Assembly: GCA_028717885.1 (NCBI GenBank)
Contig: JAQUMX010000001.1
Location: 42,409-106,408, forward strand
Direction of reading: 5' to 3'
DNA: 64,000 nt
From: Candidatus Omnitrophota bacterium
GTDB taxonomy: Bacteria; Omnitrophota; Gorgyraeia; Gygaellales; Profunditerraquicolaceae
A model generated the notes under the pieces. It did not search any database. It was not told the DNA's origin and worked only from the letters and a program-made list of their open reading frames with translations. Of this stretch, positions 1 through 8,696 are shown piece after piece. The translations under genes were made by a program, and so were the position numbers. Numbering within the stretch: the first letter of the stretch is position 1; the number at the start of each line of letters is the position of its first letter.

Positions 1-435
1 AGTGTAAACTTCAAAAAAAGAAAGCGGGCCGTATTTTGATTTATGATTGTAAGCCTCGATTGCGGGTTTTAATCTTTCTACCAACCCTTGGAGGGACTCT
101 CTTGAAATCATCCCTTCAAATTCTTTTTTTGGGCTATAAGTGCCTCTCGGTTTCAGAACCCGGATCCGCTCCCTAAAATCAGACAAATGCGGAGAAGTAT
201 ACAACCCTACTCTGTACCCGGCCTCTCTCAATATATAGGTAATAAAAGCACAGGTAGAACCTTTGCCTTTTGATCCGGCAACATGAATACAACGTAAACG
301 ATCCTGGGGATTGCCAACCGCCTTTAAAAAATCCATGACCCTTTCCAGTTTCAGGGATACTTTATAAGGGTATGCCACGGCCTTCTCGTAATTAATAAAC
401 GACTCGAGATATTTGATTACCTGCAGGTAGGTCAT
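1..435 (-). CDS. folC: Folylpolyglutamate synthase/dihydrofolate synthase, N-terminal part (gene runs off the left edge)
   Basis: Reverse-complement translation from the ATG at 433-435 gives [13 protein letters not shown]...[19 protein letters not shown]..., containing the Mur-ligase/FolC P-loop HVAGTNGKGS-type motif. No stop before the window edge, so it is absent from the ORF track. Confidence 0.6.
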   Translation of the reverse strand, partial: MTYLQVIKYLESFINYEKAVAYPYKVSLKLERVMDFLKAVGNPQDRLRCIHVAGSKGKGSTCAFITYILREAGYRVGLYTSPHLSDFRERIRVLKPRGTYSPKKEFEGMISRESLQGLVERLKPAIEAYNHKSKYGPLSFFEVYT

Positions 436-449
436 TTGACTTTAAAACA

Positions 450-2009
450 TCAATGCCTGAAATGCCTGATACCGCAAAAAACCATCGCGATTTTGTATTT
501 ATCGCAGGCCTTGATGATTTCCGCGTCGGCAATTGAACCTCCGGGCTGGATGATTGCTTTTACGCCGGCCTTTGCCGCTTCGATAACCGCGTCTTCCTTC
601 GGGAAAAACGCATCCGAAGCAAGCGCGGTATTCTTGGCTAATTTTCCGGCCTTCTTTTTCACAATCATTACGGAATCTACTCTCGACATCTGTCCTGCGC
701 CGATAGCAATGGTCTTATTGCCGTTTGCTAAAACAATGGCATTAGATTTTACATGCTTGGCTACTTTCCAGGCGAAGATTAAACTTTCCATTTCCTTTTT
801 GCTGGGCTTAATTTTGGTCACCACCTTAAGGTTGTTTAGATCAAGGGTTTCCAGGTCTTTATCCTGCACCAGCAAGCCGCCGCTAACCCGTTTAAGTTCC
901 AGTTCTGCGATCGGCTCCAAATCATATACTTCCAGTAAACGCAGGTTCTTTTTTTCTTTGAACAAAGCTGCTGCTTCGGGTTCAAAACCGGGAGCAATAA
1001 TACATTCCAGGAACCCGGCTTTGGCAATTGCCTTTGCAGCCTTAAGGTCAAGCTTGCGGTTCAATGCCACAATCCCGCCAAAGGCAGAGAGCGAATCGCA
1101 TTTCCAGGCATTGATAAATGCTTTCTCCAACGACTTATCTTCCGCAACGCCGCAAGGGTTATTATGTTTTACGATCACTGCCGCGGGCGAGCTAAATTCC
1201 TTCGCCAATTCAAAGGCAGCGTTAAGATCCAAAATATTATTGAAGGAAAGCTCTTTGCCTTGCAATTGCTTTAAATTAATCAATCCTTGGCTCTTGCCTT
1301 TTTCTTCGTAAAAGGCGGCTTTTTGATGCGGATTTTCTCCGTAACGCAGTTCCTGGATTTTTTCAAAACTTAAATTTAGCTGCTGCGGAAACTCTCCCTT
1401 ATTTTCCTTTTGCGCCGTCAAATGCTGGCTTAAATACCCAAAAATTGCCCCGTCATACTGGCTTGTCCTGCCAAATACTTCCACTGCCAAATCGCGCAGC
1501 AGCCCTTCCGGCAATGAACCTTTATTTTTTCTCAACTCTTCGATTACCTGCGCATAACGCGCCGGATTACAGATCACCGCAACCGACTGATGGTTCTTTG
1601 CCGCTGAACGCAACATTGACGGCCCGCCGATATCGATATTTTCGATTACCTCTTCGATTTTTACTCCGGGCTTCTGCGTAGTTTTTTCAAAGGGATAAAG
1701 GTTAACTACTACCATATCTATAAGGCCGATATTATGCTCCTGAATGGTCTTCATGTGCTCGCTATTTTCCCTTAAAGCCAATAATCCGCCGTGGATTTTC
1801 GGATGCAAGGTCTTTACTCTTCCGTCGAGCATTTCGGGAAAACCAGTATACTCGGAAACCTCTTTTACCGGAATATTATTTTCCCGGAATAATTTTGCGG
1901 TTCCTCCGGTAGAAAGAATCTCTACGCCGAATTTATTCAGCTCCTTGGCTAAATCCAAAACTCCGGCCTTATCCGAAACACTAATTAACGCACGCTTAAT
2001 CTTTACCAT
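450..2009 (-). CDS. purH: Bifunctional AICAR transformylase / IMP cyclohydrolase
   Basis: 519 aa. MGS-like N-terminus (KRALISVSDKAGV...) and AICARFT domain throughout. Strong SD (AAGGAGAGGAAGG) upstream of the ATG at 2007-2009. Confidence 0.9.
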   Translation of the reverse strand: MVKIKRALISVSDKAGVLDLAKELNKFGVEILSTGGTAKLFRENNIPVKEVSEYTGFPEMLDGRVKTLHPKIHGGLLALRENSEHMKTIQEHNIGLIDMVVVNLYPFEKTTQKPGVKIEEVIENIDIGGPSMLRSAAKNHQSVAVICNPARYAQVIEELRKNKGSLPEGLLRDLAVEVFGRTSQYDGAIFGYLSQHLTAQKENKGEFPQQLNLSFEKIQELRYGENPHQKAAFYEEKGKSQGLINLKQLQGKELSFNNILDLNAAFELAKEFSSPAAVIVKHNNPCGVAEDKSLEKAFINAWKCDSLSAFGGIVALNRKLDLKAAKAIAKAGFLECIIAPGFEPEAAALFKEKKNLRLLEVYDLEPIAELELKRVSGGLLVQDKDLETLDLNNLKVVTKIKPSKKEMESLIFAWKVAKHVKSNAIVLANGNKTIAIGAGQMSRVDSVMIVKKKAGKLAKNTALASDAFFPKEDAVIEAAKAGVKAIIQPGGSIADAEIIKACDKYKIAMVFCGIRHFRH

Positions 2010-2039
2010 TTACCTTCCTCTCCTTTTTTGTAGTAGTTT

Positions 2040-2304
2040 CTAACGATAAGTTATCGTACAAATGAATCTGGACGTCTTTTCGAGCGAATGGAGCTTTTAG
2101 GCAAAGCAGCTCGAACATTTTTGGGAATTCCGAGGCCGTCCGAAGGACGGCAATCTCGGAACGGCAAAATTTGTTTTAAGCGCCGAGGTAGAGACCGAGG
2201 CGCGAGTAATTTTGCCGCCAAAAATGCGAGAGATCTTTGCCGGCCCGAAGGGCAAAAGCGAATTTGAGCGAGAGAAGACGGACAGATTCATTTAAACTTG
2301 CTAA
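2040..2304 (-). promoter_or_regulatory. Structured 5' leader of purH, closed by a long-range ~19-nt inverted repeat (possible riboswitch-like element)
   Basis: AAATGAATCTGGACGTCTT at ~2061-2079 and its near-perfect reverse complement at ~2272-2300 flank ~200 nt containing several GC-rich hairpins (ccgtcc-gaa-ggacgg; gcccttcgggc; tccgag...ctcgga). Confidence 0.3.
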
Positions 2305-3006
2305 TTATTTGTTGAAACGGAAGTTTACGAGATCCGTATCTTGCATAATATATTCTTTTGGCTCCAGCCGCATTTTTCCTGCCTGCTTTACCGCATTTTC
2401 TCCGCCCAGCTGGATAAAATCATTAAAGCTAATGATTTCTGCGCGGATAAACCCTTTTTGAATATCCGAATGAATTGCGCCCGCAGCTTCCCAGGCGCTA
2501 ACTCCTTTTTTGATCAACCAGGCGCGGGTTTCCTTTTCGCCCGTCGTAAAAAAACTGATAAACCCGCCCTCTGCCACCGCGCGAAAATATAATTTATCGG
2601 TATTTTCCAGGTCATCTTTTTCCGCGATCACTACCGGCTTTAAGGTAGCCAAAGAATAGGAAGCGATTGCCTTCTTTTCCGCGTCATCTAAAGCCGCGGC
2701 TGAAGCGAATTCCTCTTTTTCCAGGGCCGCTTTTATTTTTTCGGCAATTGCTTTTTCCGCCGGCTCGCTAATCCGGCTTAAACGTGTTTCAATAAATTCC
2801 AGGTCCTTTAAGATCAGGTCTGCGCGAAAATCTTTGAGTGTCACCACTGTATCGGACTCATAAAGGCCGTCTTCGCCTACCAAATCCACCTGGACATAAG
2901 TCTTCTTTTTGGCCTTAGTAATCTTATCTACTTCATCCAAACGGCTGTCTTTAACGTTCACCTTACCTAATTTAATTTCTGGGAGAGAAAATAAAGAGAT
3001 TTTCAT
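2305..3006 (-). CDS. YchF/Obg-family protein fragment: coiled-coil insert plus TGS domain, lacking the N-terminal P-loop G-domain motifs
   Basis: 233 aa. The C-terminus (EKETRAWLIKKG...IHSDIQKGFIRAEIISFNDF...AGKMRLEPKEYIMQDTDLVNFRFN) is colinear with the YchF TGS domain. The ATG overlaps the stop of the upstream gene (TAATG), so there is no room for a G1 motif. Confidence 0.6.
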   Translation of the reverse strand: MKISLFSLPEIKLGKVNVKDSRLDEVDKITKAKKKTYVQVDLVGEDGLYESDTVVTLKDFRADLILKDLEFIETRLSRISEPAEKAIAEKIKAALEKEEFASAAALDDAEKKAIASYSLATLKPVVIAEKDDLENTDKLYFRAVAEGGFISFFTTGEKETRAWLIKKGVSAWEAAGAIHSDIQKGFIRAEIISFNDFIQLGGENAVKQAGKMRLEPKEYIMQDTDLVNFRFNK

Positions 3007-4964
3007 TAAACTTCCACTTCTGCTTTCCTAGTTGCCTGGTATTGGTTAATAATTCCCGAAGCGATTCTTTGCGGGACTTCTTCATAATGCGAATAACGCA
3101 TGGTGTACGAGCCTCTGCCGCCGGTTAAAGAACGTAAGTCATTGGCATAGGTAAACATTTCCGCTAACGGCACATTGGCTTTAACAATCTGTGATTTTCC
3201 TTTGATATCCATACCCATGATCCTGCCGCGGCGGGAATTAATATCTCCGGAGATTGCCCCCAAATATTCTTCGGGGATTACGATATCAACGCTCATAATC
3301 GGCTCCAACAAAACCGGGCCGGCTGCCATGACTGCTTTTCTCAAAGCCATTGCCCCGGCAATCTGAAAAGCCATATCCGAAGAGTCAACTTCATGATAAG
3401 AACCGTCATAAAGGATCACCCGGATATCCTGGATCTGATAACCGGCAACCGCACCTTCCAAACAGGCCTGCCGAATTCCTTTCTCCGCAGAAGGAATAAA
3501 ATTCCTGGGGATCGCTCCGCCAAAAATCTTATCGACGAATTCAAAACCTTTTCCTCTTTCCATAGGCTGAATTTCGATCCAGACATCGCCGTACTGGCCG
3601 CGGCCCCCGGATTGGCGCTTGAATTTCCCCTGGACCTTAGCGCTCTTGGTAATCGTCTCCTTATAAGAAACCTTTGGTGTGCCTAAATCTACTTCGACAT
3701 TAAACCTTTTTTTCAGCCGCTCTACCATAACAGTTAAATGCAGGTCCCCTAAACCGGAAATAATCAATTCTTTTGTCTGCGGGTCATGCATCACTTTAAA
3801 AGTCTGGTCTTCTGAAGTCAATTTATGTAAAGCCACGGAAATTTTATCTTCATCTGCGCGGGTTTTTGGCTTCACCGAAGCGGAAATCGCCGGCTCGGGG
3901 AAGACAATCGGGTCAAAAAGCAGCGGGTTTTTCTCATCGCTCAAGGAATCCGAGGTGAGAGTTTCTTTTAATTTTGCAATTGCCACAATATCACCGCAGG
4001 AGGCCTGGTCAGTAGTACGCTCTTCTTTTCCCTGAAGCAGATAAACCGGGCCGATCCTTTCTTTGACCCGCTTGTTCACATTATAAAAACCGGTATTTGC
4101 CATTAATTTCCCGCTAAAGATCCTCAACAGAGAAAGCTGGCCCACATAAGGATCAGCGATCGTCTTAAAAACAAAAGCAGATAATGGCGCGTCTTCCTTA
4201 AGTGCGATCTCCTTCTTTTCTTCCGGCTTTGCCGGATTACCTGCCTCCACTTTCAGCCTTTCTAAAGGAGAGGGCAGATAATGTATTACCGCACCCAGCA
4301 ATTCTGCTATCCCCTTATCGCTTAAGCCGGAGCCGGTCAACACCGGAAAGACCTTACGGTTATCTACTGCCAAGTGCAGGCCCTGGGTAATTTCTTCGCT
4401 GGAGAGCTTTTCTCCACCAAGATATTTTTCCAGTAATTTATCGTCGCTTTCTGCGACTGCTTCGATTAAATCCGGAGCATCCATGGATTCCAAGGTGACT
4501 GCGTTCTTGGAAAGCCGTTCCTTGATATCCAGAAGCGTTTTTTGCGCATCTGCCCCTTCTTTATCGGTCTTATTGATAAAAATAAGGCACGGCAACCCTG
4601 ATTCTTCCAATAATTGCCAGGCGCGCTCTGTACCGACCTCTACGCCGCTGGTAGCATCTACTACCAAAATCGCGCTATCAACCGCGCGGATACCGGAGAT
4701 CGCCTCCCCGAAGAAATCAGCGTATCCGGGAGCATCGATAATCTGGATTCTTGTTCCCTGGTAATCGCAATAAAGCAGGCTAAAATTAATCGAGCTTTTT
4801 CTTTCGATTTCATCAGCGCTATAGTCGCTGACTGCGGAGCCTTCCATTACTGAACCTCTACGGGGGGTAGCTTTACAAAAATAAAGCATGCTTTCTGCGA
4901 GGGTGGTCTTTCCGGACTGGGCGTGGCCTAAGAGGATAAAATTCCTTTTATTCTTGGCATCCAT
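3006..4964 (-). CDS. EF-G-like translational GTPase paralogue (EF-G2/ribosome-protection-like)
   Basis: 652 aa. G1 GHAQSGKTTL, G3 DAPGYADF and G4 NKTDK are present, but the G2 region is divergent (EIERKSSI instead of ERGITI). Domain II-V-like C-terminus. Confidence 0.7.
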   Translation of the reverse strand: MDAKNKRNFILLGHAQSGKTTLAESMLYFCKATPRRGSVMEGSAVSDYSADEIERKSSINFSLLYCDYQGTRIQIIDAPGYADFFGEAISGIRAVDSAILVVDATSGVEVGTERAWQLLEESGLPCLIFINKTDKEGADAQKTLLDIKERLSKNAVTLESMDAPDLIEAVAESDDKLLEKYLGGEKLSSEEITQGLHLAVDNRKVFPVLTGSGLSDKGIAELLGAVIHYLPSPLERLKVEAGNPAKPEEKKEIALKEDAPLSAFVFKTIADPYVGQLSLLRIFSGKLMANTGFYNVNKRVKERIGPVYLLQGKEERTTDQASCGDIVAIAKLKETLTSDSLSDEKNPLLFDPIVFPEPAISASVKPKTRADEDKISVALHKLTSEDQTFKVMHDPQTKELIISGLGDLHLTVMVERLKKRFNVEVDLGTPKVSYKETITKSAKVQGKFKRQSGGRGQYGDVWIEIQPMERGKGFEFVDKIFGGAIPRNFIPSAEKGIRQACLEGAVAGYQIQDIRVILYDGSYHEVDSSDMAFQIAGAMALRKAVMAAGPVLLEPIMSVDIVIPEEYLGAISGDINSRRGRIMGMDIKGKSQIVKANVPLAEMFTYANDLRSLTGGRGSYTMRYSHYEEVPQRIASGIINQYQATRKAEVEV

Positions 4965-5083
4965 AGACTTTCGCTCCTTCGTTAAAAAATAATCCTAATA
5001 TTTTTGGGGGTAAATCGGATTGAATTATTTTTTAAGAGATAATCAAATTATAGCTCGGTAAGCTGGGAGGGTCAAGCAATACT

Positions 5084-8000
5084 TTAACGCCAGGGGCCGA
5101 TTAATTTGGAAACATTCACCGTGCTGGATGTACTGTCAGTAATACCATTGCTATCCGTGACCGTCAAAGTTACTTCGTAGGTTTTATCCTGCCACCAAGG
5201 AGAATTGCGAAAAGTGTGGTCTGGGTTGGCCGCGGCAGATGAAGTGCCGTCCCCAAAATTCCAGTTGTAGCTCGCAATATCGGCGCCATCAGCCTCGGAG
5301 TTGGCGGCATTGAATTTAACTGCGGAGCCAGTAGTGGGAGCCGGAGTTTCAATAGAAATCTTTGCCTTTGGCGGCAGTTTTACGTGTAGAGTCACGGTTG
5401 CGCTATCAGAATCAAGCGCTCCGTCATTAGCCTTAAAAGTAAAGGAATCATCTCCTATATAATCGGTATTAGGCGTATATGTCAGGTCAGGCGCTGTTCC
5501 GGATAAGGTGCCGCTGGCCGGATTAGTCAGAACAATATAGGTTAGGCTATCTTTATCCTTATCCGTAGCTTTTAAAGTAATTGTTTTTGGCGTATTTTTC
5601 CGGACGTTGACTGATTGACTCTGGCTTACAGGCGCGTGGTTAACATGCTTTACTTTAATTGAAACAGTTGCCGGATCAGATTCCAGTTGACCATCACTGG
5701 CTTTAAAGGTAAATGAATCGTCTCCATAAAAACTCTCACTCGGAGTATAGGTCAAATTCGCAGCTGTTCCGGTTAATGAGCCGTTGCTAGGATTAGTAAC
5801 CACGGAATAGGTCAGGTTATCGCCATCAGCGTCGGTTGCGCTTAAAGTAATTGCGACAGGCGTATCTTCGTCAGTATTTACAGACTGATTGTGGCTATTC
5901 GGCCGATGATTAGTATGCCTGACGTTGATCGATACAGTAGCGGTATTGGAATCAAGATGGCCGTCATTGGCCTTGAAGCTAAAGGAATCCGTGCCTTTAT
6001 ACTTATTATTAGGCGTATAGGTCAAATTCGCAGCTGTTCCAGTTAATGAGCCGTTGCTAGGATTAGTAACCACGGAATAGGTCAGGTTATCGCCATCAGC
6101 GTCGGTTGCGCTTAAAGTAATTGCGACAGGCGTATCTTCGTCAGTATTTACAGACTGCTCATTAGCATATGGGGTATCGTTGATGGCATTTATCGTAATC
6201 GTGACAGTAGCGGTGTTGGAATCCGCCAGGCCGTCATTAGCCTTAAAGGTAAAGGAATCTGGCCCGTTATAATTCGCAGTCGGCGCATAGTTCAGGTTAG
6301 GCGCTGTGCCTGAGAGCGTACCATGCGCAGGATTAGTCACCACGGAAAAAGTCAAATCATCGCCGTCTACATCGGTAGCGGTCAAAGTAATATCTTTAGC
6401 CGTATCTTCATCCGTGGTTACGGATTGGTTATCGGCTATTGGCGCGTTGTTATTAGAAACCTCGGTAATCCCATCCGAATAACCGATACTGCTCCAACTC
6501 CCTGCCCCGTTCTTAGCTTTTACGCTAAAATAATAGGTCGTGCCTTTTACCAAACTTAAACCTCCGGAAGTAACTGATGCGGTCGTGCCGGTAGAGGTCC
6601 AATCAACGATTGCTTCTCCATCGGCAGAGTCTTGGGTAATTTTGTATTGGTATTCCTGGATCCCTGACTCTGCATCAGTAGAGCTAAAAGAAGCGTATAG
6701 CTGATTCTGATTGGAAGTCGTAGCGCCCTCATCGGTAACTACCGGTGTCGTGGGCGCACTAGTATCACCGGCTGCTGCCACTGCCCGGGCAGCATTGATC
6801 CTGCCGTAACCGAAGTAAGAATCTTTTCCTGCTGCACCGAGGTCATCGGCGCTAGAACGCAATAACCATCTGATTTCTGCGTCGGTAAGGCTAACGTTTT
6901 TAGCCAATATTAAAGCTATCGTGCCGGAAACATGCGGGCAAGCCATTGAGGTGCCCGAGGCTTCGGCGAGGTAATTCTCGTCCGTAGCTAAACTTAAAAT
7001 TTTCACTCCCGGAGCCGATACCCACACCGCATCTCCCCAGTTAGATTCCGTGTAACGCGCATCATTATAATCCGTGCCGGAAACTGCGATCACTTTCGCG
7101 TAATTGGCAGGAGAATAATAAGCCACATCATCGTTACTATTGCCCGCGGCAAAAGTAATAATACAGCCTTTTGAATAGGCATAATCTACTGCTGCTTCTG
7201 CCACCGGGTCATAAGCTAATCTGGACTCCGGCCCCCAGCTATTATTGACCACCCGCGCTCCGTTATCAGCGGCATAATGTATCCCTTCGGCTAAATCAGT
7301 AACATATCCCGAACCACCATCCCCTAATCCTTTACAAACCATAATCTTGGAATTAAAAGCAATGCCCACGACTTCATAATTATTATTCCCCACTGCGGCA
7401 ATAGTCCCTGCGACATGCGTTCCATGGCCGACAACATCCGTGGGATTGCCGTCCCTGTAAACAAAATCGTAGCCATTTACGTCATCGATGTAGCCGTTCC
7501 CGTCGTCATCAACACCGTTGCCGGCTATTTCATCGGAATTAACCCAGAGATTGCTTTGTAAATCAGGGTGGCTTAAGGCAGCTCCGGTATCTACTACAGC
7601 CACTACAATATTATCGCCCCGGGAACTATCCCACGCCGTGCCGCACTGAATTTTTTTTAGGCCATAAAGATCATCAAAAGGACCTAAAAGCCCGCTCGAA
7701 CTGTAAAACGGGTCATTCGGAGTAAACGAACTCTTCATGCGGTAATTTGGCTGGGCGAATTCAACTGAAGAATTATTTTTTAAAATAGAGACCACTTCTT
7801 CCGTAGTTGCCCCTTCGGGAATGGTAATTTTATAAATCCGGAATAATCTTTGCTCTTCCGGGCTTAATTTCTTATAGGCCTCGGCAAAAATCTCTTCTTC
7901 GGTTACCTCCTGGTATTTTTTTCCAAAGAACCAATACCAATTATCCGAATCCTTTTCCAAACGGTTTTCTTTTTTGAATTGGTTCACTACGCGGGTAATC

Positions 8001-8401
8001 GGAAAGACCCTTTTTAATTCCAGATAGGGGATTTTTGCTTCTGCGAGTGCGCGGGAAGGCGACGCATTCTCTTTAAAACCCACCACCACCTGGTTTTCTA
8101 CCGGCTGAATAACAGGAGCAGCGTTTTCCTCAGGCACCGCTACCTGCGTAGCGGGTGTTTCGCCATCGCTTAAAGCCTTTTGCCGCACTTGGCCATCTTG
8201 CTTGCTCAGCTGGTTCACTGGATAAAGCACAAATTCGCCTTTTTCTATGCCTTTCATTGGTTCGGCATTATTATTTGTATTCGGCTCTTCTTGCTCCGGA
8301 ATAAAGATTTTATTGATCGCCTCTTCGCCGGCAGCATTTGGATGCATTGGCCAAGAAAGAAACACAAGTAAGAGGATGCAGATCGTCATATTTTTGATCA
8401 T
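5084..8401 (-). CDS. Secreted subtilisin-like (S8) serine peptidase with four tandem cadherin/Big-like repeats and a C-terminal PKD domain
   Basis: Signal peptide MIKNMTICILLLVFLSW. S8 triad motifs VAVVDTGA, HGTHVAGTIAA and GTSMACPHVSG. Four ~90-aa repeats (SVNTDEDTPVAITLSATDADGDNLTYSVVTNP...). PKD-like WNFGDGT at the C-terminus. Confidence 0.85.
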   Translation of the reverse strand: MIKNMTICILLLVFLSWPMHPNAAGEEAINKIFIPEQEEPNTNNNAEPMKGIEKGEFVLYPVNQLSKQDGQVRQKALSDGETPATQVAVPEENAAPVIQPVENQVVVGFKENASPSRALAEAKIPYLELKRVFPITRVVNQFKKENRLEKDSDNWYWFFGKKYQEVTEEEIFAEAYKKLSPEEQRLFRIYKITIPEGATTEEVVSILKNNSSVEFAQPNYRMKSSFTPNDPFYSSSGLLGPFDDLYGLKKIQCGTAWDSSRGDNIVVAVVDTGAALSHPDLQSNLWVNSDEIAGNGVDDDGNGYIDDVNGYDFVYRDGNPTDVVGHGTHVAGTIAAVGNNNYEVVGIAFNSKIMVCKGLGDGGSGYVTDLAEGIHYAADNGARVVNNSWGPESRLAYDPVAEAAVDYAYSKGCIITFAAGNSNDDVAYYSPANYAKVIAVSGTDYNDARYTESNWGDAVWVSAPGVKILSLATDENYLAEASGTSMACPHVSGTIALILAKNVSLTDAEIRWLLRSSADDLGAAGKDSYFGYGRINAARAVAAAGDTSAPTTPVVTDEGATTSNQNQLYASFSSTDAESGIQEYQYKITQDSADGEAIVDWTSTGTTASVTSGGLSLVKGTTYYFSVKAKNGAGSWSSIGYSDGITEVSNNNAPIADNQSVTTDEDTAKDITLTATDVDGDDLTFSVVTNPAHGTLSGTAPNLNYAPTANYNGPDSFTFKANDGLADSNTATVTITINAINDTPYANEQSVNTDEDTPVAITLSATDADGDNLTYSVVTNPSNGSLTGTAANLTYTPNNKYKGTDSFSFKANDGHLDSNTATVSINVRHTNHRPNSHNQSVNTDEDTPVAITLSATDADGDNLTYSVVTNPSNGSLTGTAANLTYTPSESFYGDDSFTFKASDGQLESDPATVSIKVKHVNHAPVSQSQSVNVRKNTPKTITLKATDKDKDSLTYIVLTNPASGTLSGTAPDLTYTPNTDYIGDDSFTFKANDGALDSDSATVTLHVKLPPKAKISIETPAPTTGSAVKFNAANSEADGADIASYNWNFGDGTSSAAANPDHTFRNSPWWQDKTYEVTLTVTDSNGITDSTSSTVNVSKLIGPWR
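5760..6160. repeat. Near-identical ~129-nt direct repeat (period 270 nt) inside the protease gene
   Basis: 5760-5888 and 6030-6158 are essentially identical at the nucleotide level. Two further diverged copies follow, matching the protein domain repeats. Confidence 0.8.
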
Positions 8402-8436
8402 TTTTATACCTCATATATATTTGGGGCCTGACAAAC

Positions 8437-8505
8437 AAAAACCCCTAGGGTAAATTCCTAGGGGTAGATAAACAAAAAACTCTAAAGGTAATCTTTAGAG
8501 TTTTT
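8437..8505 (-). terminator. Two tandem rho-independent-type hairpins
   Basis: cccctaggg-taaattc-ctagggg and ctctaaag-gtaatc-tttagag, each flanked by an A-run on one side and a T-run on the other. They lie downstream of the minus-strand OMP gene. Confidence 0.5.
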
Positions 8506-8696
8506 CTCTTCTGGCAGCTCCGCTACCCCCGACAAAAATGTCTTGGGCCGGAAGCTTTGCGCCCCCAGGTTACCCTGAGTTTACCTTTTTCAGTATTACA
8601 AAATACCAAATTGTCAAATTACCATTACATAAAAAAGTATAGCATATTTTAAAGGTTTTTCAATAATCGGCGCTATATATAGGTAAGGGTTTAGGG

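Noticed and set aside
436-1311. 291-aa plus-strand ORF
   Set aside because: Lies entirely antisense within purH, is low-complexity and has no recognisable domain. It is a shadow ORF.
2097-2291. 64-aa minus-strand ORF inside the purH leader
   Set aside because: Coincides with the hairpin-rich leader. Its ATG is part of the inverted repeat, and it has no RBS or recognisable fold. More likely structured RNA than protein.
2010-2304. ZTP (pfl) riboswitch call
   Set aside because: Context upstream of purH is right, but I could not find the conserved pfl core sequences by inspection. It is kept only as a generic structured leader.
5760-6160. Possible CRISPR-like or mobile repeat
   Set aside because: The repeats are in frame within a protein-coding gene and correspond to the protein domain repeats. 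They have no spacer/repeat periodicity typical of CRISPR.
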